Shown piece by piece: positions 27,495 to 35,521 of a stretch of 64,000 nt of DNA. The notes beneath the pieces are model-generated. The model was not told the DNA's origin. It ran no database searches and saw only the letters and a program-made list of their open reading frames with translations. Position 1 is the first letter of the stretch. Every line of letters starts with the position of its first letter. Made by a program: the position numbers and the translations under genes. The stretch lies in NCBI GenBank assembly GCA_965215685.1, contig OZ244113.1, positions 2,606,256-2,670,255 of the forward strand. The letters run 5' to 3'. This stretch comes from Chitinophagales bacterium. GTDB lineage: Bacteria > Bacteroidota > Bacteroidia > Chitinophagales > JAHQVX01.

Positions 27495-28828
27495 TTAATA
27501 ACCTTTTTGACGGCTAAAACGTGCTTGCAAACTCCTCTGTCGCCATGATGCTTTGCAAACCACATACAGGTACACCTTTCCCGTTCGTACTCTAAAAGAA
27601 CGGAATGTTCTACTCCAGTACCCTGCACTCTTGCTTCTACTTTGCCATCGGTTTGACTAATGATTTTCACTTTTCCATCTTCAATCAGTTTATTGGCGGA
27701 TTTAAGACGGGGATTAAGACTTAGAATACGGCTTAACTTAAAAGGTAAGCGTCTGTAGAAATAATGATTTTCGTCCAAATCAAATCCTAAAAGACCAATA
27801 GCTGCCAACTTGGCCGCAGTGGTCTCCACACTTGTCAAGGATAAACCACGGTCAATAGCTAACGACGTAGGATTGAAGAATTGATTTGAATAGCTCAAAT
27901 TGTCCATTTTTTCAATCCAGTCATCTGGCACTTCATCTATTAATGATTCTAGTGCAGCACCTTCTCCTGAATAACCTCTCCAACTATCTCGTGAAATGGA
28001 TAGGCTAAAAACAACAGTGCCAAAGTATAATTGCCAAGTGGTTGATAAAGCCTTGGGATGCGTATATACCTGAACTTTATCTGCCAACGGCATCAAATGC
28101 TCAATAAGCCTTAGTCGATGAGCACCTCCAACGCAGAGGGCATTTTTAGAAGGTACAGGTGACAAGGAAGGCTTGTTGCCACGTATTGTTAAGTAATAAT
28201 CGCGGCGCATATCCTTTTTAGGCACCGTGCGCATGAGTTGTATTGCTTGTGGTTTGTTAAATGTGTGAACCAATTCAGTATCAGCCAAATAAATTTGGAC
28301 AGTTGAGAGTCCTTTTAGCCATTTAGTAGGTAAAGGTACTTTTCGCTCTACCACCTTCTTTCCTTCTGTGCTAACGGTGAATTCTTTTTTTCCTACCGAC
28401 ATCACGAATTTGTGGTTCTTTTGAACAGAGCCCAGGGCAGAAATCATAGGTGAATTAAAATCGACATTGGTTGTTCCGGTATCCAGAAATTCTCCATCAT
28501 GTCCATTAGGAAGAATATCGACCCGGGCATAAGCTCCTGCACAATGGGAGAAAGCCTCAAACCTGATTCGCTCATTGCCGGCCGTAACAATGGGGTCTTT
28601 CAAAGCTGCAAGATCAGCAGGAGATAAGCTAAAGCTTGATTTAACTACTTGTGCCAAAGTAATTAAGCACTTAGACGTGTGATACGGGTCAACCAACTTA
28701 CCCCAAAAGAAACATGGGGTATCCTTTTTTTGAACTTCAGAGTATTTGGATAAAAATAATTCTTCACCCGTTTTAGTTTTTACGATATTAGATGGTGTCG
28801 GATATAAATACGTAAGTGTGTTGCTCAA
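27491..28828 (-). CDS. SWIM zinc-finger domain protein (445 aa)
   Basis: C-terminal CxCx(n)CxH signature: C-T-C-MWFAKHHGDRGV-C-KH. N-terminal about 400 aa without recognisable motifs. Confidence 0.7.
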   Translation of the reverse strand: MSNTLTYLYPTPSNIVKTKTGEELFLSKYSEVQKKDTPCFFWGKLVDPYHTSKCLITLAQVVKSSFSLSPADLAALKDPIVTAGNERIRFEAFSHCAGAYARVDILPNGHDGEFLDTGTTNVDFNSPMISALGSVQKNHKFVMSVGKKEFTVSTEGKKVVERKVPLPTKWLKGLSTVQIYLADTELVHTFNKPQAIQLMRTVPKKDMRRDYYLTIRGNKPSLSPVPSKNALCVGGAHRLRLIEHLMPLADKVQVYTHPKALSTTWQLYFGTVVFSLSISRDSWRGYSGEGAALESLIDEVPDDWIEKMDNLSYSNQFFNPTSLAIDRGLSLTSVETTAAKLAAIGLLGFDLDENHYFYRRLPFKLSRILSLNPRLKSANKLIEDGKVKIISQTDGKVEARVQGTGVEHSVLLEYERERCTCMWFAKHHGDRGVCKHVLAVKKVIK

Positions 28829-28902
28829 TAGATATGATTTTATTTAAAGGTAAATAATAGAATGGTATTTATGGAAAACCCATATTACCACATCATCACT
28901 AT

Positions 28903-29199
28903 GTGATAAAACTACTTATTACAGCTCTGTTACTACAAATACTCTTATATGCGTATGTTCTAAATAAGGGTTGTTGGTCTGCAGTTCATTGGTGTTTCAT
29001 TATTCAGTTCGTATTCCTGGCTATAGTTTGTCCTGTCATTTACATCTCCGGGCTACCAGAATTTCCCGAAGGGCAGGGGCATTGCGGTGTGCCCACCTTT
29101 GCAATATTGGTGATCTGTTGGTTAGCAGCTGGAGTAAGCCTAATTGCACATGTGCTTCACCTGATTTTGTTCTGGTTAGTTGCCAGGCTAAAGGCTTAA
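28903..29199 (+). CDS. Small hypothetical membrane protein
   Basis: 98-aa hydrophobic ORF in the divergent promoter region of the SWIM operon. Weak support. Confidence 0.25.
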   Translation: MIKLLITALLLQILLYAYVLNKGCWSAVHWCFIIQFVFLAIVCPVIYISGLPEFPEGQGHCGVPTFAILVICWLAAGVSLIAHVLHLILFWLVARLKA

Positions 29200-29239
29200 A
29201 GTGCGCAGCGGCTTAGCCGCCACGCAACATGAATTAACC

Positions 29240-29776
29240 CTACAAGGTCAAGGCCGCCAAAGCACTTCTTAATCTACCCATCTTGCGCCTTACTCTGTCT
29301 TTTTCACCGCTTAAGAAGTTCATAAAGCTGCTGTTTAAAGTAGCATTATATGCCTTGCTATAATTGATGAATGCCTTTTTTAAGTCTCCTTTCAATTCAA
29401 ATACTCTGGCCTCAATGTAGTACAAGTTTGCCTTGTCAACTTCAGCAACACCTTTGGCTTTTGCAATTAACTTTTCAGCTTCTTCCAACCTGTTGCTGTC
29501 CAATAAAACATACAAGTAGTTTAAATAGGTTGCGCCATATTCGGCTGCATACTTTAAGGCTAATTTGTACATTCTTTCGGCTTCGGTTAAGTCATTCAAA
29601 GCTTCATTGTAAATCCAACCTAACAAGTTATAGGCTCTACCATAGGTAACGTCAATAGCTAACAACTCTTCGATTACCGCTTTAGCTTCGACCAATTTTC
29701 TTTCATCGATCAAATCGCTTGCTCTAACGTATAATTCTTCAACGTATAAATTTTCGTTTCTTTCCATTTTATTCAA
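29240..29776 (-). CDS. Tetratricopeptide-repeat protein
   Basis: Three to four TPR-like 34-residue repeats (AxxYxxLG, AxxxYxxA patterns). Confidence 0.6.
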   Translation of the reverse strand: MNKMERNENLYVEELYVRASDLIDERKLVEAKAVIEELLAIDVTYGRAYNLLGWIYNEALNDLTEAERMYKLALKYAAEYGATYLNYLYVLLDSNRLEEAEKLIAKAKGVAEVDKANLYYIEARVFELKGDLKKAFINYSKAYNATLNSSFMNFLSGEKDRVRRKMGRLRSALAALTL

Positions 29777-29833
29777 GATTTATGGAACCAAGATTCATGA
29801 ATCAAGAGAGTCTTGGCTCTAAAAATCCTGGTT

Positions 29834-31282
29834 CTAGTTACCTTCCATTCTTACAATTTTTGGTAGAAATGTACCCAGTACTCCTACCAAATCAACTTGT
29901 TGCGCCATCACTTCGTGGATGTTTTTGTATGCCATGGGTGCTTCATCCAATCCGCCGCCGATAAGTTCAACTCCATTGTCGCGTAAAAATTTATCTACAT
30001 ACGACTTTGTTAAACTTCCTTTGGCTTTTGTACGGCTCATCACCCGGCCTGCGCCGTGCGATGCAGAGTTGAGCGATGCTCGCTCTCCTTTACCACGTAC
30101 TATAAATCCATGTGTAGCCATAGAACCCGGAATAATTCCCAGTACTCCTTTACCGGCCGGTGTGGCCCCTTTTCGGTGTACTATTACCTCACGACCATCT
30201 TCCAACTTCTCCTTCCAGGCAAAGTTGTGGTGGTTCTCCACCGTTGCCAATGGTCGCTCACCTATGGCCTTGCCTATTCGCCGGTGGATGTCGTGGTGGC
30301 AGGCACTGGCATAATCTCCGGCCAAATTCATGGCCAACCAGTATTCCTCACCTTCCTGTGTATCCAAATTCAACCAGGCAAGATGTTGCGCCACCTTCGG
30401 CAAGGGGGTAACATCTTTGGCCACTTTTGTGTAGTGGCGGGCAATATTGGCCCCCAGTCCGCGAGACCCTGAATGCGATAGCAGGCCCAGGTATTCTCCA
30501 ACGGGCAAACCAAATTCATTGTCTTCTCCTAAGATCTCAACCACACCAAATTCAACAAAATGGTTACCGCCACCGGATGTACCCATCTGCTTGTAAGCAC
30601 GATCTTTCAGATCCCGCACCACCTTAATGTCCTTAAACTCATCGCGCTCAAGTACTTTATCGGCATACGGATTGCTGAACACTTCTTTACCGCCAAAACA
30701 AGTGTTATCCAGTAGGATTCTTTTGAACTTCTCGCTTTCGCCTTTCAACAACCCAACCGGCATATCGTACATTGTCAGGCACATTCTACAACCGATATCA
30801 ACACCTACTCCGTAAGGTATAACTGCGTTATCTGTGGCTAACACCCCACCAATTGGCAAACCGTATCCATGATGTGCATCCGGCATAAGGGCTCCTTCCA
30901 CAGCAACCGGCAACTTTAATGCCGTGTACAGTTGATCTTTGGCACTTTCTTCAATAAAATCTTCGCCATAGATCTTGTGCGGAGCTCTTGAACCGGTTAG
31001 CTCTTGCTTTACCACTTTCACGGGTTCTATCAATTGTTCCACAATTGTTCCCATTACTTCGTCACCCAGGTATTTCTCCGGATTTTCCAGTACGTCTTTT
31101 AATGCATCCAATACCCATTGTTTGCTTTTCTTTTTATGGTATTGCTGCATTTTCCCCAAGGCAATGCCTACCACTTTACCTTGCGGAAATCCTATTTTAA
31201 GGAGGTCTTTGCCTCGTAATTTTAGCTTTGCCATAATTAGACTCTTAGACATAAGCCACAAGACTTTTAGACTTGTGCTCAT
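29834..31282 (-). CDS. rtcB: RtcB RNA 3'-phosphate ligase
   Basis: Conserved RtcB metal/GTP-binding motifs: GGGNHF and SHGAGR. His/Cys/Asp ligands. An N-terminal extension is present, so the true start may be the internal Met at MAKLKLRG. Confidence 0.85.
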   Translation of the reverse strand: MSTSLKVLWLMSKSLIMAKLKLRGKDLLKIGFPQGKVVGIALGKMQQYHKKKSKQWVLDALKDVLENPEKYLGDEVMGTIVEQLIEPVKVVKQELTGSRAPHKIYGEDFIEESAKDQLYTALKLPVAVEGALMPDAHHGYGLPIGGVLATDNAVIPYGVGVDIGCRMCLTMYDMPVGLLKGESEKFKRILLDNTCFGGKEVFSNPYADKVLERDEFKDIKVVRDLKDRAYKQMGTSGGGNHFVEFGVVEILGEDNEFGLPVGEYLGLLSHSGSRGLGANIARHYTKVAKDVTPLPKVAQHLAWLNLDTQEGEEYWLAMNLAGDYASACHHDIHRRIGKAIGERPLATVENHHNFAWKEKLEDGREVIVHRKGATPAGKGVLGIIPGSMATHGFIVRGKGERASLNSASHGAGRVMSRTKAKGSLTKSYVDKFLRDNGVELIGGGLDEAPMAYKNIHEVMAQQVDLVGVLGTFLPKIVRMEGN

Positions 31283-31450
31283 TTTCGTTTATTATTTAAT
31301 TAATTCGAACTCCTTCATGGGGAATTCATGTTTTACCTACTTTTCTTTGTACTTCACAAAGCCTGTATCCTTGCATATTTTTATCTCCAATTTACCATTT
31401 CACTATTAACAAAACAGTGTTGCGAAAGGCTATAGCATTTCGCAAACTGC

Positions 31451-32551
31451 TTATTTGTTTACAAAGATCTCAGACAATTGGTCCACGATTTGGCTTTTAC
31501 CGGAAACGTTGATCTCACCGATCTTCTCTGCAATTCTCTCCACATATTCCATCTCCTTCAATTTCAACAACATCTCGTTGTCTTCCATCAACTTCGCAGT
31601 GTTCAACAAGTTTCTGGTTGCAGCGGTTTCTTCTCTCCTCATAATGCTGTTAGCCTGAGCTTGCTTTTGAGCGATCAACACCTGGTTCATGATATCTTTC
31701 ATATCACCGGGCAAGATGATGTCTTTAACACCTGCATTCAAAACCTCAACACCTAAGATCTGAGATTTCTCAGCTACTTGATCCAAAACGTACTTGCCAA
31801 CGGCTTCTTTGTTGGCCAACAATTCGTCCAAAGTCAAAGTACCAATAAATGCTCTCAAAGCCAATTGCATTTGAACATAGATCTGCTTTTCGTAGTCTTT
31901 GTTCTCCAACAAGGCCTTTTCTACATCAGTTACTTTGAATTGAGCATCAAAGTTGATCCTTAAAGCCGCCTTATCCTTGGTCAATAACTCCTGACCAGTG
32001 ATCTCCATTTGTCTTTTTCTCATATCAGCACTTAAGATCTTGACTTCATTTGCATTCTTCCAAAACCTGTAAGTACCAGTTTCCAATTGCTTTACGAAAT
32101 CACCATCTACCATTAACATGGCTTTTTCGTAAGGCTCAACGAAAAAAACTCTCATGTATCTCAACACTTCAGGTTTTTGCAAAATTGCTTTGTCCAAAGT
32201 GCCGTCAACTTCTAAGTCATTTAAGTTAATAACCTTGAAATCATATTTCATTATACCTTTCCAGAAGGCATATCTACCGGCCTCCAAAACTTGTTTGAAG
32301 TTGCCGTTTTCATATTGCAAGGCGATTTCGTTGTCTTTAACTTCAACTACAATTAACCTTTTGGCTAATTGTTTATCCTGCAATAAGATGTTCAACTCAA
32401 CAGGTGCATAGAAAGGCCTGGTTTTGTCATAGATCATTACCTGATCGAACAAACCGATCCAATACTTGCCCGCAGTCAAGCTTCTCTTGTATTCACCTTT
32501 TCTGCTGAATACTAAACCTACATTGTAGGCTGGAATTTCTATCCTTTTCAT
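31451..32551 (-). CDS. SPFH/band-7 (flotillin/slipin-like) domain protein with N-terminal extra domain
   Basis: C-terminal half has SPFH-like beta/alpha core followed by an Ala/Gln-rich coiled coil (IAQKQAQANSIMRREETAA). There is no N-terminal TM anchor. Confidence 0.6.
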   Translation of the reverse strand: MKRIEIPAYNVGLVFSRKGEYKRSLTAGKYWIGLFDQVMIYDKTRPFYAPVELNILLQDKQLAKRLIVVEVKDNEIALQYENGNFKQVLEAGRYAFWKGIMKYDFKVINLNDLEVDGTLDKAILQKPEVLRYMRVFFVEPYEKAMLMVDGDFVKQLETGTYRFWKNANEVKILSADMRKRQMEITGQELLTKDKAALRINFDAQFKVTDVEKALLENKDYEKQIYVQMQLALRAFIGTLTLDELLANKEAVGKYVLDQVAEKSQILGVEVLNAGVKDIILPGDMKDIMNQVLIAQKQAQANSIMRREETAATRNLLNTAKLMEDNEMLLKLKEMEYVERIAEKIGEINVSGKSQIVDQLSEIFVNK

Positions 32552-33039
32552 TTTAATTAGTCTTTAAGAAACGAGAACTAATTCTTGTTTCGGTTTAACA
32601 ATACGGTTTCCAATCATCGTTATTGGCTAACCTTTATTTACAGGTGCACCTGTAATCTTATTCGTCATGTAGAGCCTGTCGATTCCATAAGACTTCTATT
32701 TGTTACCAAGTCTCATCCTTTATCAAGCTCCGGCTGACGTCAATTTTTAAATAGAATCAGATTGATGTTAACCATCCACCGCAGATGGGAAATTGATTGA
32801 GTTAAGCTTTCACAAAGTGGTACTTGTAGATGTTCTAAATTTTCATACTGAACTGTGCTCAGAGTAAAAAGGAAGAAAAATCCACAAAAAGCAAATTGCT
32901 GCCGCCAACGGTATCCTCGCCTTCCGGTCATTGTTAGACTGCCTTTCCTGGTGTTGTGCCGAAGCAGCAACACGCGGTTAGGCTGGTCAACATCTCTCTG
33001 ATTCAGAGTGATCATTTTTACAAGTGATCAGCTTTTCAT

Positions 33040-33300
33040 CCTACATCTTCAATGTAGTGCTCTACCAACTGAGCTATTCCGATTCGTGGTCGGAAACGGG
33101 AATCGAACCCGCGCATCAGGGGCTATTGTTCTATCCACTGAACTATCCCGAAATAATATCGGGAGCAGGAGTCGAACCTGCGACCTATAGCATGGCGACA
33201 AAACCAATCAACTACAAACGGCATATAACATTCCATAGGAGCTACACCGCCGTGTTATACAGAAACACAAGCTGTAAGTTTGCTTGTATCATGTATTTTG
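33040..33300 (-). pseudogene. Cluster of degenerate tRNA-like fragments
   Basis: Reading the minus strand, the region contains in order:
- a tRNA-Phe(GAA) 5' half (acceptor, D arm, anticodon arm) lacking a T arm;
- a 65-nt tRNA-like unit with D arm, T arm and acceptor but a truncated anticodon arm;
- a T-arm plus 3'-acceptor fragment GCAGGTTCGACTCCTGCTCCCGATA;
- a 13-nt tRNA 5' start GGCGGTGTAGCTC. Confidence 0.55.
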
Positions 33301-33528
33301 TCAGACCCTTATTCCATTTGGAATAAGAGATTTTTTTGTATCAGAGTGATACTATTTTCAATATGTAAAGAACTTTCAAGTCGTCACGATGAGTTTAACG
33401 AACCATGAGACTGGAATTTGATCAGACCTATCCTTCGTCAGGCCAGGATGACGTCTGATCATAATAGCCATCCCGAACACCGTTGTTTACAACGGCTCGT
33501 CCCAAATGTTCGGGATGGCCTGGACTAG

Positions 33529-33612
33529 TGGGAGAGATTGGATTCGAACCAATTCAGCACGAAAGCACCGGATTTACAGTCCGGCACGGCTCTCCAACTC
33601 CGTCGCACTCCC
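33529..33612 (-). tRNA. tRNA-Tyr (anticodon GTA), long variable arm
   Basis: Manual fold. Acceptor GGGAGTG/CTCTCCC (one mismatch). D stem ACGG/CCGT. Anticodon stem CCGGA/TCCGG with loop CTGTAAA. Variable hairpin GTGCTTTCGTGC. T arm ATTGG-TTCGAAT-CCAAT. Confidence 0.75.
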
Positions 33613-33656
33613 AATTGTTGGTCAGGCAGGCCTTGAACCTGCTACCTCCAGAGTTG

Positions 33657-33728
33657 AAGCCGAAACAGGATTTGAACCTGTACCACCGAGTTCAAAACCC
33701 GGTATCCTTGCCATTGGACCATTCGGCT
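33657..33728 (-). tRNA. tRNA-Gln (anticodon TTG)
   Basis: Acceptor AGCCGAA/TTCGGCT. D arm GTCC-AATGGCAA-GGAT. Anticodon stem CCGGG/CTCGG with loop TTTTGAA. T arm ACAGG-TTCAAAT-CCTGT. Confidence 0.8.
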
Positions 33729-33734
33729 TAGAAG

Positions 33735-33808
33735 CGGTGACGGACGGACTTGAACCGACAATCCACTCGCAGACAACGAGGTACATTCACCAAATATGCT
33801 GCGCCACC
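33735..33808 (-). tRNA. tRNA-Asp-like (anticodon GTC), slightly non-canonical
   Basis: Acceptor GGTGGCG/CGTCACC (one GU). Anticodon loop TTGTCTG (position 37 is T). T stem with one T-T mismatch. Six-nt spacing to neighbours like the other array members. Confidence 0.55.
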
Positions 33809-33814
33809 ATCATG

Positions 33815-33887
33815 TATCAGGTACGGGGCTCGAACCCGTGTCTTCGCTGTGAAAGAGCGAGATCCTGGCCAACTAGACGAACCTGAC
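33815..33887 (-). tRNA. tRNA-Glu (anticodon TTC)
   Basis: GTCAGGT-TC-GTCTAGTTGGCCAGGA D arm closely resembling bacterial tRNA-Glu. Anticodon stem TCGCT/AGCGA with loop CTTTCAC. T arm ACGGG-TTCGAGC-CCCGT. Acceptor 3' strand ACCTGAT. Confidence 0.85.
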
Positions 33888-33992
33888 TTTAGAATGAAAA
33901 GGTCATACTGAGCCTGACGAAGTATAGCCGCTTTTCATTTTGGGGACATTACGTTAAAGAACATTTGGAGAATCATTCCCTGAATTGGGGAC

Positions 33993-34024
33993 AAAAAAAC
34001 GCCCGACTACTGGCCGGGCGTTTG
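33993..34024. terminator. Bidirectional Rho-independent terminator (7-bp GC stem ACGCCCG/CGGGCGT flanked by A7 and T3)
   Basis: Seen in sequence. Lies between the tRNA array and the uvrA operon. Confidence 0.6.
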
Positions 34025-34165
34025 CACTGTAAGTGATCTAAAATCTTAGAACTCCTCAAATTTATACAAACTACACCCGGCCGGGAGCTGATCAAACAGC
34101 ATCTCCGGATAACTCGTTTCAATTCTATTTATTTGCTTCATTTGTTGCATCTTTTCTTTTTCCAT

Positions 34166-34196
34166 AAAAAAACCCCGCGTTTTTGGCGCGGGGTTT
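34166..34196. terminator. Bidirectional Rho-independent terminator (stem CCCCGCG/CGCGGGG, A7 upstream, T3 downstream)
   Basis: Seen in sequence. Appropriate to terminate the minus-strand operon ending at 34425. Confidence 0.7.
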
Positions 34197-34424
34197 AATA
34201 TTATTTATTCTAATATAAACTTAACACGCCCTTTCCGGTTTTAAACTAAAATCCGGCGTATAATTTTCAATTTGTTTTACTCTTAGAATCATTTTCTCTT
34301 TATTCGGGTGCAAATGTTTGAAATTTTTTTCACAAAAACAAGACCAAATAAAAAATTAGATTCATTCTAAGTGAACTCTCCCCCGTAGGGGGAGAGAATT
34401 TTTCGAAAAAATTGATTTGTGCTA

Positions 34425-34796
34425 TCACTCTACATACCCATGTCGCTCAACCAAGGCCAACCAGTCGTTTTCCAGTTCTAAGTAACCCTGATCATAGCAG
34501 AAATAGTAAACTGCGCCTTTGCGGGTTTTATAGATGTTGGTGAAATAGTTGAAGTTGAAGCCTTCATCAATGAGTTTGGCTTTGGTGACTTTGGCCTTGC
34601 CCCTTGGGTTGTTTTTCTTCAGAATTCGCCAGTTTTTTCGCAAACGACGATTAATGTTGCGCATAAAATTGCTGCTGTCTTTATTGGCCACATTGTGATA
34701 CTCTGTGCGGCATTGGTCGGAGCAATATTTTTGCCCACGCCTGCCGAGAAGCTCCCGGCCACATACCTGACATTCTCTTTTTTCTCTCCTTTTCAT
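34425..34796 (-). CDS. Hypothetical protein with N-terminal CxxC...CxxC zinc ribbon
   Basis: CQVCGRE ... CSDQC motifs. Basic. 123 aa. Confidence 0.5.
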   Translation of the reverse strand: MKRREKRECQVCGRELLGRRGQKYCSDQCRTEYHNVANKDSSNFMRNINRRLRKNWRILKKNNPRGKAKVTKAKLIDEGFNFNYFTNIYKTRKGAVYYFCYDQGYLELENDWLALVERHGYVE

Positions 34797-34841
34797 TTAT
34801 TCCAATTGGCAAAGTAATCAATAGCAAATTACAAAAAAGGT

Positions 34842-35174
34842 TTAACGGGCACAATGCATACATCGCAAACTTTCAGGCATGTACATAAGTCGTTGTACGG
34901 CTATGGATTTGCCGCAGGATATACAAGTGCCGAAGTCCGGCTCATCAACCTTTGATAGTGCACTCTCCAGTTTCTTAAGTTTAGCTTGTGCCATGCGTAA
35001 ACTGTTTTCCAACACAGCTTTATTGTTGATAGCTTCCATACGGCTTATTCTACCATACGCATCATCGGGAGAAATGGGTTGGGTTTGTTCCTCTAACTCA
35101 AGAATATCGAGTTTTACCTGCTCAATCTTTTCCTTAATCTGATCCTTCAGTTTGGTTCTTTCATCCTTTGTCAT
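34842..35174 (-). CDS. DksA/TraR family C4-type zinc-finger protein
   Basis: Coiled-coil N-terminal part. C-terminal CISCGKSI...CMHC four-Cys finger. Confidence 0.7.
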   Translation of the reverse strand: MTKDERTKLKDQIKEKIEQVKLDILELEEQTQPISPDDAYGRISRMEAINNKAVLENSLRMAQAKLKKLESALSKVDEPDFGTCISCGKSIAVQRLMYMPESLRCMHCAR

Positions 35175-35521
35175 AAATCTAATTTTTTTATATCATTTTC
35201 AGTTTGAAGAAAAGTGATTAGACAAGTAGTTACAACCATTAAAAGTAAACCGATGGTAAGAACGGAGTAATTATTGAATTTTGTTAAAAAGGTTACCAGG
35301 GCGAGCACGTAGAAAGGTATGCTCCAGGCTATCAATCGTTTAGCGGCAACTTGTTGTGCAAAATCCCAATTACGTTGATTTTTCATGGCTCGTTTGGTTC
35401 TGTACCCATAGAGCGGATTTATCTTTTTAGGTGGTTTTTTTCGAAGTATGTAGCCGGCCAGAAAGTAGCAGATTCCCAATAGAAAAAATAAAACCGGAAA
35501 GGCAAGCTGATCAAAGTTCAT
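35171..35521 (-). CDS. Small membrane protein (3 TM)
   Basis: Hydrophobic 116-aa ORF coupled between uvrA and the DksA-like gene. Confidence 0.45.
   Translation of the reverse strand: MNFDQLAFPVLFFLLGICYFLAGYILRKKPPKKINPLYGYRTKRAMKNQRNWDFAQQVAAKRLIAWSIPFYVLALVTFLTKFNNYSVLTIGLLLMVVTTCLITFLQTENDIKKLDL

Noticed and set aside
29919-31409. Numerous 60-140 aa ORFs on the plus strand inside rtcB (e.g. 30056..30472, 30975..31409), and similar antisense ORFs inside nosZ, uvrA, dnaJ, hisS and the ABC permease
   Set aside because: They are antisense to long, motif-rich genes. They have biased Pro/Arg/Ser-rich or low-complexity composition and no start context. They are treated as shadow ORFs.
33040-33300. 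Possibility of circularly permuted tRNA genes (3' half placed before 5' half), or a group-I intron interrupting tRNA-Phe
   Set aside because: Each 3' fragment pairs with the following 5' acceptor. However, the 65-nt unit also pairs with its own 3' end once the T stem is set correctly. The pattern is therefore explained by a tandem array of related tRNAs that suffered internal deletions. The sequence after the Phe 5' half shows no intron-like conserved core I could recognise.
33024-33886. ORF-track entries 33008..33190, 33024..33326, 33483..33731 and 33506..33886 (60-126 aa)
   Set aside because: They run antisense through minus-strand tRNA genes and tRNA fragments. The frames stay open only because the region is GC-balanced and lacks stop codons. 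No coding signal is present.
34376-34403. Perfect hairpin CTCTCCCCC-GTA-GGGGGAGAG as terminator of the minus-strand zinc-ribbon gene
   Set aside because: The T-run follows it on the plus strand, not the minus strand. The two upstream A7/T-flanked GC hairpins at 33993..34024 and 34166..34196 are better terminator candidates. The function of this hairpin is left open.
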